A program made the translations under genes and the position numbers. A stretch of 64,000 nt of DNA, taken from Cyanophora paradoxa CCMP329. Taxonomy: Eukaryota; Plantae; Glaucophyta. Under the pieces are notes generated by a model that saw only the letters and a list, made by a program, of their open reading frames with translations, did no database searches and had not been told where the DNA came from. Positions 1-11,576 of this stretch are shown here, piece after piece (within the stretch, counting starts at the first letter, position 1; the number at the start of each line of letters is the position of its first letter). The stretch covers positions 117,747 through 181,746 of the forward strand of contig QPMI01000662.1 in assembly GCA_004431415.1 (NCBI GenBank). Direction: 5' to 3'.

Positions 1-85
1 AGGAGAGGATCCCGTGCTGGATCTCTGTGAACAAGTGTACCCCCACCCGCTTGTGCCCCCCACCCTCGAACATCGGCGCGGCGAG

Positions 86-3000
86 ATGGACGAAATCGTG
101 CGTGCCACCCGCGCTGCCGGCGCGGCCGCGGCATGCTGAATGCGCGCGACTGCAGGCGGCGCTGCAAAAGCAGCTGGCGGCGGTGCAGCTCACCGAGACC
201 TCCCTGCGCCTTTCGGAGCGCAATGTCGTCGAGATTGTCATGAAGATAATGGAGCTGGGCCTGCTGAAGGGCGTCATCATGACCCAGCAGCGCGAGTATG
301 TCACGCAGCGGCAGCTGGAGCGCGAGATCCTCGACGAGCTGCTCGTCCGCGGAGGTGCGCCCGCGCGGGCCGGCGGCGCGGCGCGCGGGGTCGCGGGCCG
401 AGGGGCGGGGGCGCAGGGCGCGTGAACGTGGTGGAGCTGCAGCCGGCGCTGGGCGTGGACCTCTCGTTCATCCAGGCGCGCTCGGCGGACATTGCCGCCA
501 AGGACGACTCGGTCATGCTCGTCAAGGGCGAGCTCATCGCCAGGTCCGCCCCCCGCCCGCCGCGCGCCGCGGGCAGCGGCGGGCGGTGCGAGCGGGGGCG
601 GGCAGCTACTACCTGGACTCGCTGGCGGAGGAGGTGAACGAGTGGCTGCAGGAGGCGGGGCGCGTGGGCCTCGACGAGGTCTCCGCCCGCTTCACCCTCG
701 ACCTCGAGTTCCTCCAGAGCGTCCGCCCCGCCCCGCCCCGCCCCGCCCCGGCCCCGCCGGCACGCGCCGAGGCCGGGCGGCGCAGGTGCTCGTGCCGCGC
801 CTCGGGGTCTCCGTGCAGGGCAAGCTCGACCAGGGCGCCCTCTTCACCCAGGCCCGCCGCCCCCCGCCCCGCCCCGCACCCCGTCCCCTGACCCCCCCGC
901 AGGCCTACCTCGAGCGGCACACCGCGCAGATCCGCGGCCTCTTCTCCGCGATGACCCGGTACCCCCGCCCGCCCCCCGCCCCGCCCCGCCCGAGCGCTGA
1001 GGCCGCGCGCCGTGCAGGCCGACGAACGTGGGGGCCCTCATCAAGCAGTACAACTTCAACGAGGGCATCTTCTACAGTGCGCGCGCCCCGTACCCCCCCC
1101 GGTCCCGCCGTACCCCCCTCCAACGCAGCGCAGGCGTCCTCCAGAAGCTCCTAGACGAGGGACGCGTCGACGGCCACGTCCGGGTGCGCAGTACCCCCCG
1201 GCTCTTCTTTCCCCCCCCTCTTAAAACGGCGGCAGGGGGGCGGGGAGCGGGCGGTGTTCTACCCGGCGCTCTTCACGCGGGTGCAGCAGTCCTCCGTCGA
1301 GGACTTCTACAGGCAGAACGACTACATCGGTGCGCCCCGGAGCCTGCCAGCGCCCGCCGCCGGACGCCGGGCCTCGCTGAGGCGGGGGCGGGCAGAGTAC
1401 AGCCGGCTGGCGAAGCTGGAGATCGGGAACCCGCGGCAGTACATGGAGGGGCGGCACAAGGGCAAGGGCCTCGCCCTCGACACCTGCTTCGTCTCCGACC
1501 GCCTCGTCGCCCAGGTTCGCGCCAGTGTTGAGGGGCGCCGGGCGGGGGGCCGGCTGGCTGAGCCGGGGCCCCGCCCCCGGGACGGACAGGTGGACGCGAA
1601 CCTGGACGAGGCGCTGGCGAGCGGGACCTACCTCGACGTCGCGCCCCTCGTCCCCGCCCCCTTCACCCCCGCCGACACCGCCGCCCTCCTCGAGGCCTGC
1701 CCCTCGCTCCAGCGGCGGGGGGCCCCCGCGGTGACCCTCGGCGAGTGCTTCGTCGTGAGCCGGCAGCTGCTGGAGCAGGCCGTGGCGCGCTACGAGGAGC
1801 GCCTCCGCAAGCTCAGCGAGACCGTCATCGCCGAGGAGGCCCCCGCGGCTCCCGCCCCGGGGGGGGCCGACGAGGAGGAGGAGGAGCGCTACAGCGACGG
1901 CGAGCAGAGCGACGAGGACGGCGGCAAGCTGCGGCCGCCCTCCCGCAAGAACAACCCCTCCCCGAGCGCCCCCGCCGCCCCCGCCGGCAAGAAGGGCGGG
2001 CCCTCCAAGACCCCGCCCGCCCCCGCCCCGGCCCCGGCCCCGGCCCCGGGCCCGGCAGCCGGGGCCAAGAAGGGCGGCAAGGGCGGAGCGGCGGCGGCGG
2101 CGGCGGCGGACGACGACGAGCCGCTGACGAAGAAGGCGGCGGGCAAGGCGAAGAAAGGCGGGGCGGCGCCGGCGCCGGCCGCGGCCGCCAAGAAGGGCGG
2201 CGCGGGGGCAAGAAGGGCGGGCCGGCCGAGACGGGGCCCCTGGCCAAGGCCGAGGCGCGCCGGCCGCCCCGCCGCGCCCCGCCCCGCCTCGCCCGCTGAG
2301 GGCAGTGCGGGCGTGCAGGTGGTGAAGGCGCTGCGAGAGTGGTACCCCGAGGCGGACCCCGACATGCTGGCGCTGGTCGCCGGCCACATCAGGCCGGCCC
2401 TCCTCGAGGCCCGCCTGCCCCACCTCGCCCCGCCTCGGGCCGCCCTCCCCTGAGCCGCGGGGCCGGCGCAGGCCGAGGCGCGCGTCAAGGCCTCCCTCTT
2501 CACCGGCCCCGCCCCCGCCGGCGCGGCCGCCGCCGCCAAGGGCGGGCCCGACGGCGCCGCCGCCCGCAAGCAGGCGCCCCCGCCCGCCCGCCCGCCGTCG
2601 CCGCCCCGCCGCGCGTGCTGACGGGCGGGGCAGCGAGAGGCGCTGCGGGAGCGGGCGGCGGCGCTGTACGAGGCGGCGTGGCTCCAGCGGCGCGCCGCCG
2701 AGCACCTCGACGGTGCCCCGCCGCCGCCCCACGCCCCGCCGCCCGGGCCCCGCGCTGACGCTCGGGGCGGGGGGCAGAGGCGGGGCGGGAAGCGGTGGAG
2801 CGGCACGTGGCGAAGACGACGGGGGCCGAGCTCTACGCGGCGCTCGTCGAGTCGCACGCCGCCGCCCTCGGCCTCCCGCTCCCTGCCCCCGACGCCAAGG
2901 CGGGGCCGGCGGGGGCCCTGCCCCCGGGCTTCGCGGGGCAGGTCATGGGCCACCTCTCCAAGAGCATCGCGGGGCCCCTCGCCGCCCTCGCCGACGCCCT

Positions 3001-3812
3001 CGGGCCCAAGAAGGCCCGCCCGCCCGCCCCTCGAGGGCGCCGCGCTGCCCTCTGACGCCGCGCCGGGCGTGCAGACGCTGGAGGAGGCGCTGGTGGCGGC
3101 GGAGGAGGCGCTCGAGGCGAGCCGCGTGCCGGCGAAGCGGCCGGACAAGAAGCGGGAGCGGCAGCTCGTGCACCGGCACAAGGCGGCGCTGGCCGAGGAG
3201 CTCGCGGCCGCCGAGGACCCCGCCCTCGCCCTCCACGCCGCCGCCTCCCTCCTCTACAGGTCCCGCCCCCTCCGCCCCGCCCCTTCCGCCCCGAACCCGT
3301 CGCGGGCGCTGAGGGCGCACCCGCCAGCTCGTCGTACGGGTGCGCGGTGAACGCGCCGGGGAGGGCCCTCCCCGCGCTGCTCGAAGCCCTGCGCCGCGCC
3401 GGCGCGCCGCGCGAGGAGGCCCCGCCGAGGCGGCCGAGAGGGAGCCCAGGCGCGACGACAAGGGCAAGAAGGTCGCCCGCCGCCCGCCGCCCGCCCCGCG
3501 CCCGCCCTCACTCGGCGGCAGGCCGGCAAGAAGGGCGGCAAGGGCGGGAGGAGGCGGCGGCGGGGGCGGCGGCGGGGGCGGCGGGGCGGCGGGCCCCGGG
3601 GCGCCGGTGGCGGCGGGGCTGCTGGGGGAGCTCGAGGAGGCCCACCGGGCCGTCGTCCGCCTCCTCTCCGCCCGCTTCGGTGGCGCCGCCGGCGGGGCGG
3701 GCGGCGGGCGGCCGAGGCGGAGGCGGTGGCGCGGACGCGGGTGGACGCCGTGCGCGCCGCCGCCCTCGCCCTCGCCCGCAGCAGCAAGGGCCCCGCCCCC
3801 GACGCCGAGTAG
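86..3812 (+). CDS. UFL1: E3 UFM1-protein ligase 1 homologue (multi-exon, many short introns)
   Basis: Spliced exons read MDEI|AALQKQLAAVQLTETSLRLSERNVVEIVMKIMELGLL...EYVTQRQLEREILDELLVRGG|RVNVVELQPALGVDL, the characteristic UFL1 N-terminus. Later exons give YLDSLAEEVNEWLQEAGRV and FYRQNDYI. ATG at 86, TAG at 3810-3812; internal boundaries approximate. Confidence 0.85.
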
Positions 3813-4775
3813 CCGGCCCCGCCCGGATGGCCTCTCGCATTCGATTAATTGGGGGACGATTCATTGAACTTCGGTCTGCCGCCGGACCGTACGAGCCCGG
3901 CCATATGCATGCAAAGCTGCATATGCATTTGCGTCGAAGTTGAAACCCGGGAGCATTCATGATCATATGATCAGCGATGATCATGATCACGGTTTACTCA
4001 GTTACCCGATCACGAGTACCGTAGTACCTGTTTTGAGGGACTACGGGCACCGGAGCAAGAGCTAGCACTTGCAATATTAATTGAGTTTTTCACGGTTATT
4101 CTGGATCGGACATTTAATTTGCTCCGAGGCTCAGCCTAACAAAATATCGGCGCCGGCTAGCGCTAGCTCCAGATAGCCGCGCCCCAAATCGCGATCGTAC
4201 GAAACATTAGCGGCTCTACTAACACACCGGCAATTTTTTATACACGTGCACTAACTCATTTCCTAATCACGAGTCACTCATCACGATCATGGCAATCGAT
4301 TGCGGCCAGAAGGCAGGATCCGGGAAAAAGACGCCTTGGGGGCGCCTGCAAGCACCGCGAAGACACAGATTCGAAGGTCAACGCCTTTGAAATTTCTGCC
4401 TCTGAACCCGAAGGTCCTGCCACTGTGCATGTCGGAAACATATATGCATCAGAAATATGCCAGCTTTGCTAGTTCTACTATCAGAAACATCTCAGATAAC
4501 TATAAAGCCAAGGCCAAGGAAAGGTACCAGGCCCGCTCGCTATGCAATTTTTCGGTCTACACAATAACGTCTGCAGCTGGCCATCGATCACGGTATGGTC
4601 TGGATCTCAAATGCGAAAAATCATTATAAAATTATGATGAAGCCTAAAGATTGTTAATCAGAAACATCTTGAGCTCAGAATGCGAGAGCCGCCGGGGTTT
4701 AGAATTATTTCTACTCTTCGAATTCGAATTCCTGCGCGTGCTCTCCCCCGCCGCCGCCGCCGCCGCCCCCGGGGC

Positions 4776-7700
4776 TCAGAAGGCGAAGAGGAGGTCGCTG
4801 GGGTAGCCGACGCGCTCGAGGTTCGGCACGCAGGTCTGCTTCGGCATGCCCGGGGGGCCGCACATGAAGACCCCCGAGCCGGCCCCCGGCGCCGGCAGCC
4901 GCTCCCTGCCCACGCCCCCGCGTCGGAGGAGCGCGACGAGGGGGGCGCGGGGAAGCCGCGGGGGGCGCACCGGAACATGGTCTCGGAGACGGGCCCCTGG
5001 CTGAACGTCCACGCCCCCGCCTCGCCCTCCCCAACCTGCCCCGGCTGAGCGGTCCGGATCGAGCGCGCCCTGCGGGGGGTTCCGCGGCCACCTTGTCGAC
5101 GGTGTGCCAGACGCGGAGGCGGCCGGGGTGCTTGGCGCAGAGCTCGTCGAGCTCGGCCTTCAGCAGGATCTTGTCCGGCGACTGCGCGCGCGCGCCGGCC
5201 CCGCCCCGCGCGATCGGCCGAGGAAGACAAGAGCGCAGACGGGGGGAGGAGGGCGGGGGCGCACGCGGGGGGCGTAGAGGAGCCAGGCCTCGGTCTTGTC
5301 CTCGGGGTCCGCCAGGATCGCCTTGATCATCTGCCCGCCCCCGGTCCAAGCCGGAGTCAGACGACGCCGGTTTGGCGCGAGCAGAGTACGGGGCGGGGGC
5401 GGCGGACCGCGAACATGGGGGCGATGCCGGTGCCGCCGGCGACGAGGCCGACGCGGTCGAGGTGCAGGTGCCGCCCCTCGATCTCGAACTCCCCTGCGCA
5501 TGCGCCCCGGCCCGTCAGACCCTACTTTCGCCAGGAGGAGGAGCGGGCAGACCGCGGCCGCGGTAGACGATGTCACCCGAGGCTCCCTTGACGAGGATCG
5601 TGTCTCCGACCTGCGCACGCGCCCGGCGCTCAGAACTCGGAGGGAATTCCAAGGCTTTCTTTGATTTAATTTCGGGGGCGGGCGGCGGCTGCCTTCATGG
5701 CGTCGAGGTGCGTGGTCATGAGGCCGCCGTTGGGGAAACGGGGGTCCTCGTTCTTGAGGTAGACCTGCCACGCAAGTCCTCAGAGAGAGGCGAAATTGAT
5801 GACAAGAGGTGGAGAAGAGGGCACCCGGACGGCGAGGTCGAAATAGCCCCGGACCTCGTTGCCCGTGATCGGCGTGTATCTGCGCGCGCGGCGTCAGGTC
5901 GCAGGTTCGACGGGTTCATTTCCGATCGCGGAAGTCAATGGCGGACATGCGGGAGACGTGGGCGCCGCCGGGGCCAATGGGGGCGGAGAGGGAGAGGTGC
6001 CAGCCAACGCGGAGGCCCAGCACGTGCTCCGGCGTCTTCAGCCCGAACCGGTACCTTCGGGATGCGAGGGCTCAGGGCGGAGCGGGGCGAACTCGAGCGG
6101 GGCGGGGGCGGGGGCACCGGCGGCCGTCGTTGGAGAGGACCTCCCGCTCGAGCAGCGTCACCGTGATCGGCCCGCGCCCGTCCTGCCCGCCCCGCGCCCC
6201 GCCCTCAGCGGGGGAGAGCTCGAGCGCGCGGGGACGGGGCCGGGGGCGACCTTGAGGGAGACCGGGGCGCCCTCCGGCACGTCGATCACCGAGCGCCGCC
6301 GGCCAAGGGCTGCCCCCGCGCCCGGCGCCCCCCGGCCCGATCAGCGCGGGATCCGGAGTCGAGGGCGCGGGGCGGACCGTTGGGGGCGTCGGGGCGGAGC
6401 CAGAAGGGGCGCCCCGGGCAGCGCGGGTTCGCCACGAAGGCCCCGCCCAGCTCCCCGATGTACCTGACGTCCATCGCGAGAGGCGCGCCCCACTTAGTGC
6501 ACGCCGAAGCGTACGCGTGGCCTGCAGCGATTTTTTTCGAGGCGCACCAGTCGGCGAGGAGCTTGTAGGCGCCCTTGCTGTGCGTCTCCTCGAACTCCTT
6601 GGTCGAGTCGGTGCCGGCCTGGCGATCGCGAGGAGCGCGGGTCGGGAGGGCGAGGGCGGGAGGCGGAACGAAGGCGGGGGAAGGGCTCTGGACCTTCATC
6701 ACGATGGAGTGGCCGCCGCCGGGGTGCTCGTTCAGGTAGGGCGTGCAGTCGTACACCTAAATCCAGGAGATCAAGAACGAAGACTTGCAGAGGACTCGAA
6801 TGCTTTGCACGCGAACGGACCTTGTTAGAAACGACTATCCAGCAGTCGTCTGGAGGGGGCCCGTTTCGGTAACCCACAAAGTGTCGCGGTAGGGCTGCCT
6901 ACCCATGGTGTTGTGCTTCGCCACCTGCGCGCCCAGCGCCGCGGCGATCACGTTCGTTCGGTCTGAAAGAGCGCTTCTGAGGGGTTCGAGCCGCAAACCT
7001 CGTCCATCGTGAGCGTGTGGGCAGAGCCGCCTGCAGGGAGGACGACCTGCAATCGATGCCGCGAGGGCGCGCGTGAGCTCGAGCTCGAGCTCGCGTTCAC
7101 TGATTTTTCGAAATCGAATGCGAGGTGGGGCGCACCTGGGCGTTCGGGGCGACATTGACGGCGGAGGACTTCTGGGGGGCGGGCGCCGGCTTCTCCTGGG
7201 CGGCCGGCGCCGGGGCGGACGCCGGCTCCTTCTTCGCGGCCGCAGAGGCGTCGCCGTCGGCGGGGCGCATCCAGCCGGTGGGGTGGCCGGCCACCACCGG
7301 GTGCTCCACGAGGACCGCCCTCTCGCCGGCCGCGTTCGCCGCACGGCTGAGGCGCAGCCGGTAGATTGCGTTTTTGCCCTGCCCGAAGCTCAGCCCGCGA
7401 GGCGAGTTGGAACTCGAGCACTCGAGAGCACCTGTCCCATGAGGTTCCAGGTGGCGGGCCGGGTCAGCCTCGTGATCATTGTTAAGATTCATTCGTTCTT
7501 TTGGGGGAGAAGCTTAAGGACGGACCTGCGTGTTGTTGGCCTCGTCCCAGGCGCGGCAGGCGATCTCGTGCGCGCCCTCCACTGCCGCCGAGTCCAGCCG
7601 CGCCGCGTCGACCGCCAGGCGCCAAAAGACCCAGCACCTTCGAGTTCGAACTCCCGCAATCAGACGGCGATCGCGGCGCGAGCGCTGGTGCAGGCGACGG

Positions 7701-8728
7701 GCACCAGGAGCGGCCGTCGGCGCTGGGGCGCTCGAAGCGCTCGATGGTGGAGAGGATCCAGGTCTTGCAGCCGTCGAGCGAGACTTCGACGCGCGTCACC
7801 GCCCGCCCCCCGCCTGAAATCAAAAATGGAATTTCAGCGCTCGGGCGAATCCTCTACAGAAGACGATGCAAAGAAGCGACGCGGACCGCTGAGGGCGTAG
7901 CCGCCGATCGTGATCGGGTGCGTCCGCTGCAGGGAGAGCACCTGGCGGCCGCCGCAAGGTACGTGTTACCGGTGGAACGGGCGGAGCTGGCCATGGGCTG
8001 CGCATGCGGACCTCGCCGGGGGCCGGGGACCAGATAACGGACTGGACGGCGAGCTCGTTGAGGATGTACTCGGGCCGGAACCACCAGCCTGCGCGAAGCG
8101 AAATAAGATTCTAAGGGGATACGGAGCGCGCAAATATCAAGGGGGGCGGGCCTTCGGCCTGGGCGAGCTCCTCGTCGACGTGGGGCGGGAGGATCCTGCC
8201 CCGAGGCGCGGTGAGCTCCCCGGCCGGCCGCGGGCGCCCGGGGCTCGCTGCGAGCGGATCGGGGGGCACCGGTTGTCAAAGAAGTGGTAGTAGTTGTCGA
8301 TCTGCTCGCTCGAGACGCGGATCGAGGTGAGCCACTTCACGTTGCGGCCGCTGCCAGGCGAGGGCCCCGCGATCGCGATCAGGGCGAGGCTGCGTTGGAG
8401 CGAAGGGGGCAGGAATTCGAGGCGGCGTGAGCGCGCACCCGGACCAGCCGGGGATGATGAGGCTGAGCGGGAAGCCGTGGTACGGGTGGAGGAACTCGCC
8501 GTTGGCGCGGTACGCGAGCAGCACGTCGCACGTCTGCGCCCCCTCGCCAGAATTATTCAACGGAGAATTCGGATTGTCGAAATTCTTTGGCGAACCGGAT
8601 CGAGCGCCATGCGGATGGGGATCTGGGCGCCGTACGTGCCGTCGCCTTTCGGGAGCTGCGCGCGGGCGTCGACGTGAGCGCCAGCTGCAGAAGAGCGGAA
8701 TGGACTCCATGCGAGGGCCGCGCGCGCC
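4776..8728 (-). pseudogene. Assimilatory nitrate reductase, 3' portion (Moco C-terminal part, dimerisation, cytochrome b5 and FAD/NAD(P)H domains)
   Basis: Exon peptides in NR order: DVLLAYRANGEFLHPYHGFPLSLIIPGW, KWLTSIRVSSEQIDNYYHFFDNR, GGGRAVTRVEVSLDGCKTW, RAWDEANNTQ, WNLMG, b5 (DCWIVVSNKV|YDCTPYLNEHPGGGHSI|AGTDSTKEFEETHS), RAYTP, VAGGTGIAPM, FMCGPPGM. Separated from its 5' part by the 29-kb insertion. Confidence 0.85.
8723..8728. repeat. Left target-site duplication CGCGCC
   Basis: CGCGCC directly precedes the element start ACACATAG and is repeated at 37821-37826. Confidence 0.95.
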
Positions 8729-9021
8729 ACACATAGAGAAACGCGGCGTTTAAACCCTCGGCTAATCTTAATTGATCTTGTTAATATCTCTCGTATATTT
8801 TATATCAATCAATCGATAATCTGTGTGAAATCTATCAAATTATTAAATATTTTGATTTTTGTGTATTTCATTTATAATTTATTGATGTTCTATGGTAAAT
8901 TTATCTTAATTTCGATTTGTCTTACTTAAATCAATCGTGAATTTGTATAAGTTTCCGAATAATATAACTGGATCTTAATTAGATCTTGCCTCCGGTTTAA
9001 ACGCCGCGTTTCTCTATGTGT
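8729..9021. repeat. 293-bp terminal fold-back: 28-bp perfect inverted repeat enclosing an imperfectly self-complementary AT-rich arm
   Basis: 8729-8756 ACACATAGAGAAACGCGGCGTTTAAACC is the exact reverse complement of 8994-9021. Confidence 0.9.
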
Positions 9022-9152
9022 GATTTTAACGCAATAAACGCGATTAATATGCAAATTCGATATAATCTCGATTGAAGGAACATAATTTTTGTGATATAAT
9101 CACGAATGAAGTAGTCCACCGCCCATTCTATTGTAAAACGCAAAAATTCACA

Positions 9153-9508
9153 CAGAGTTGCATTACGTCCAATTAAACAATCGATGAGATTCCGGGAAAC
9201 AAAAATGACCCCAGAGTTGCATTACGTCCAATTAAACAATCGATGAGATTGCGGGAAACAAAAATGACCCCAGAGTTGCATTATGTCCAATTAAACAATC
9301 GATGAGATTTCGGGAAACAAAAATGACCCCAGAGTTGCATTACGTCCAATTAAACAATCGATAAGATTCCTGTTAAATTTCTACTGTATCAAAAATGACC
9401 CCAGAGTTGCATTATGTCCAATTAAACAATCGATGAGATTGGATTCTGTTTTTTACTGTATCAAAATTGTGTTTCAAGTGTAACATGTCCAATTAAACAG
9501 TCGATAAT
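9153..9508 (+). repeat. 59-bp tandem repeats in the TIR (about 5 copies plus a partial one)
   Basis: Unit CAGAGTTGCATTAYGTCCAATTAAACAATCGATGAGATT.CGGGAAACAAAAATGACCC starts at 9153, 9212, 9271, 9330 and 9402. Mirrored at about 37042-37396. Confidence 0.9.
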
Positions 9509-9512
9509 CAAT

Positions 9513-9788
9513 GTGTAACAGGTGAATCCCAAGGTGTAACGGGTGTAACAGGTAAATCCCAAAGTTTTGGATTTTTCATCTCCTATGAGGAAAGTTTGGG
9601 AAACACCTGTTACACCTGTTACATGACACTATAATCAATGTAAGGAATCGAATATATTAATGCTTTGTTTGATAGATGTAACAGGTGAATCCCAAGGTGT
9701 AACAGGTGTAACAGGTAAATCCCAAAGTTTTGGGTTTTTGGCCTCCCTAGGAGCGAAGTTTGGGATTTACCTGTTACACCTGTTACAC
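9513..9788. promoter_or_regulatory. Two iteron-bearing palindromes (TGTAACAGG repeats ... CCTGTTACA), putative replication origins
   Basis: Stem-loops at about 9533-9623 and 9697-9788 with arms GTGTAACAGGTAAATCCCAAA / TTTGGGATTTACCTGTTACAC. Mirrored at 36762-37037, with a further copy at 18939-19030. Origin function is inferred. Confidence 0.55.
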
Positions 9789-10044
9789 ATGACGATATTC
9801 AATAAGACATGTTATATTTCTTCAAAATCTCAGTGTGATTAACTCGGAAATCGCGCTGCTATCTGCTTCTCCGCTTTCTCCAACCCTGAAAAGATCTCTG
9901 TTATTCTCTCATCTATCAATTTAGATATTACGGAGGTCTTACTTTCAAAAAATGATGCTCGTGGGCAACCCAAAATGATTTAAGGAAGAAGCGATAGTAT
10001 AGAGTAAAACGGGTAAAAGATTTTCTCAGACGTAATACAGTGTC

Positions 10045-10662
10045 ATGGCGTATCTCTTCGAAGGTGAGCCAATCTTCTCGGTTCCGATTGCTGAAATGCG
10101 ATTTGGCGTGAAGGATATCCTTGATCTTGCCGAAACTATTGAGTTATTGCATCAAAAGATTGGGACATACTCTTATCCTGGAATGGATCAAATGGTTTGT
10201 TTTGGTTATTTTCCAAGAAATTCTGATCGGATTTGTGCGAGAACTCGCGATGATCGGTTCTTCTATAATCATGTGAATTATAACGATCATGGTAAGTTTA
10301 GCCATCTTAATCAAGTGCGTAATGCTGAACTTGATTTCATCGTTGTTGTTAATTTTCATGATCTTCTTTTCAACACTACAAAGACTCACGAAGACGTAAT
10401 TGATGCAATTGGGATATGCTATGGACAAGAAGAACATCGTGAACGTTACTATTTCCACATTCCAAGAGATCTTCGTGCTTATCATGCTAAGTTTGAAGAG
10501 CATGGATGGAAGATTGTGAACCGAGCGACTCTACGTAAATACCTTAAACAAAATGGCGCTCGTTGGGTTCGCGAAAACAACAGATGGTATACAGAGGATC
10601 AGAATGGTGTTGTCGCTGATATCTTCAAACCATATATCCCAATAGTTAATCGTATCCAATAG
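10045..10662 (+). CDS. Hypothetical viral protein (205 aa)
   Basis: Intact ATG-started ORF. The C-terminal GARWVRENNRWY resembles a short motif seen in phage/giant-virus proteins; no firm family call. Confidence 0.6.
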   Translation: MAYLFEGEPIFSVPIAEMRFGVKDILDLAETIELLHQKIGTYSYPGMDQMVCFGYFPRNSDRICARTRDDRFFYNHVNYNDHGKFSHLNQVRNAELDFIVVVNFHDLLFNTTKTHEDVIDAIGICYGQEEHRERYYFHIPRDLRAYHAKFEEHGWKIVNRATLRKYLKQNGARWVRENNRWYTEDQNGVVADIFKPYIPIVNRIQ

Positions 10663-11548
10663 CTACAAACTCCAACTGAAACGAATTATCGATACCATTC
10701 ATATCTACAAGATCACCAAAATAATCACGAAACTCAACTGTTAATTCACGAAAAACAAGGTTTTTGTCTGTTATTTTTATGTATTCACCATGCTCTCCGC
10801 TATGGTAGATATACTTTCCGATGTCCTGACTCAATTGTAATCGCAAGATCGCGCCTTGGTTCTGCGGTTGCGATTTCGGGACTATATTGTGGTTTGATGC
10901 AAAAGAAGAGAGTTCCTTGATATGCATATACAAGTATTGCTCAGCGTTCATATCCGCCATCTTTGGACTTGTTGCTTTGTGTTGCAACGGCACTGGATCT
11001 ACACCTTCAAACGTTATTCCCCATTGTGGGTGATCAGGTGTAATTGGTCTTCCTGCATAAGATAAGTAATTCTCAGGAGCGAATACAGACCTGTTATCTT
11101 CTAAATTGTGTTGCTGGCTTACCAATAATGTTGATCCAAGACCAAGTAGTTTGGCGATTCTATTGTTTGACGCTGCTATTTCGAATGGAACGCTGCTATA
11201 AAATTCTAACTTGTATGTTGTCGGGTTGTAGTATATCTTAAAGAATGTATTTTCAAGAACTTCGTAGTTTAAACCGTAATTATATGGTTGAGTAACTCCA
11301 AAGTGTCCTTGGTTGATGTAACCACTCGGTAACGGAAATACTTGCTGGTTAAGGATGAAACCACCAATGTTATAACGAACTATAATATAATCGGTTCCAA
11401 TCGAATTATAAATGCTGTTCGGAATCTCAGCATACAAAATGCGACATTGTCGGGGTCTGGTTATTGGTGTTGTGAGTGCAACCTTATAAGAGTTTTCTTT
11501 TTGTCCCTCTGGTCGATCTCTACTATCGACATTGACAAGCCGAATCAT
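10646..11548 (-). CDS. Minor capsid protein (single jelly-roll penton) 1
   Basis: N-terminal VNVDSRDR...YKVALTTPI...ILYAEIPNSIYN and C-terminal LTVEFRDYFGDLVDMNGIDNSFQLEF fit the polinton/PLV/NCLDV penton pattern; lies in the capsid cluster. Confidence 0.75.
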   Translation of the reverse strand: MIRLVNVDSRDRPEGQKENSYKVALTTPITRPRQCRILYAEIPNSIYNSIGTDYIIVRYNIGGFILNQQVFPLPSGYINQGHFGVTQPYNYGLNYEVLENTFFKIYYNPTTYKLEFYSSVPFEIAASNNRIAKLLGLGSTLLVSQQHNLEDNRSVFAPENYLSYAGRPITPDHPQWGITFEGVDPVPLQHKATSPKMADMNAEQYLYMHIKELSSFASNHNIVPKSQPQNQGAILRLQLSQDIGKYIYHSGEHGEYIKITDKNLVFRELTVEFRDYFGDLVDMNGIDNSFQLEFVAIGYD

Positions 11549-11576
11549 TTTATTATATGGTTATAGATAAAAGAAG

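Larger units (their letters stand above)
8729..9945 (+). repeat. Left terminal inverted repeat (1217 bp)
   Basis: Reverse complement of 36605-37820. The match ends at ...GGTCTTACTTT (9945). The only difference noticed is CCCC versus GGG in one repeat unit. Confidence 0.93.

Noticed and set aside
9153-9508. Regularly spaced repeats resembling a CRISPR array
   Set aside because: The units are contiguous tandem copies with no unique spacers, no cas genes are present, and they lie inside a TIR.
9660-9842. 60-aa ORF duplicated at 36708-36890
   Set aside because: It is a translation of the iteron palindrome in the TIRs with no protein-like features.
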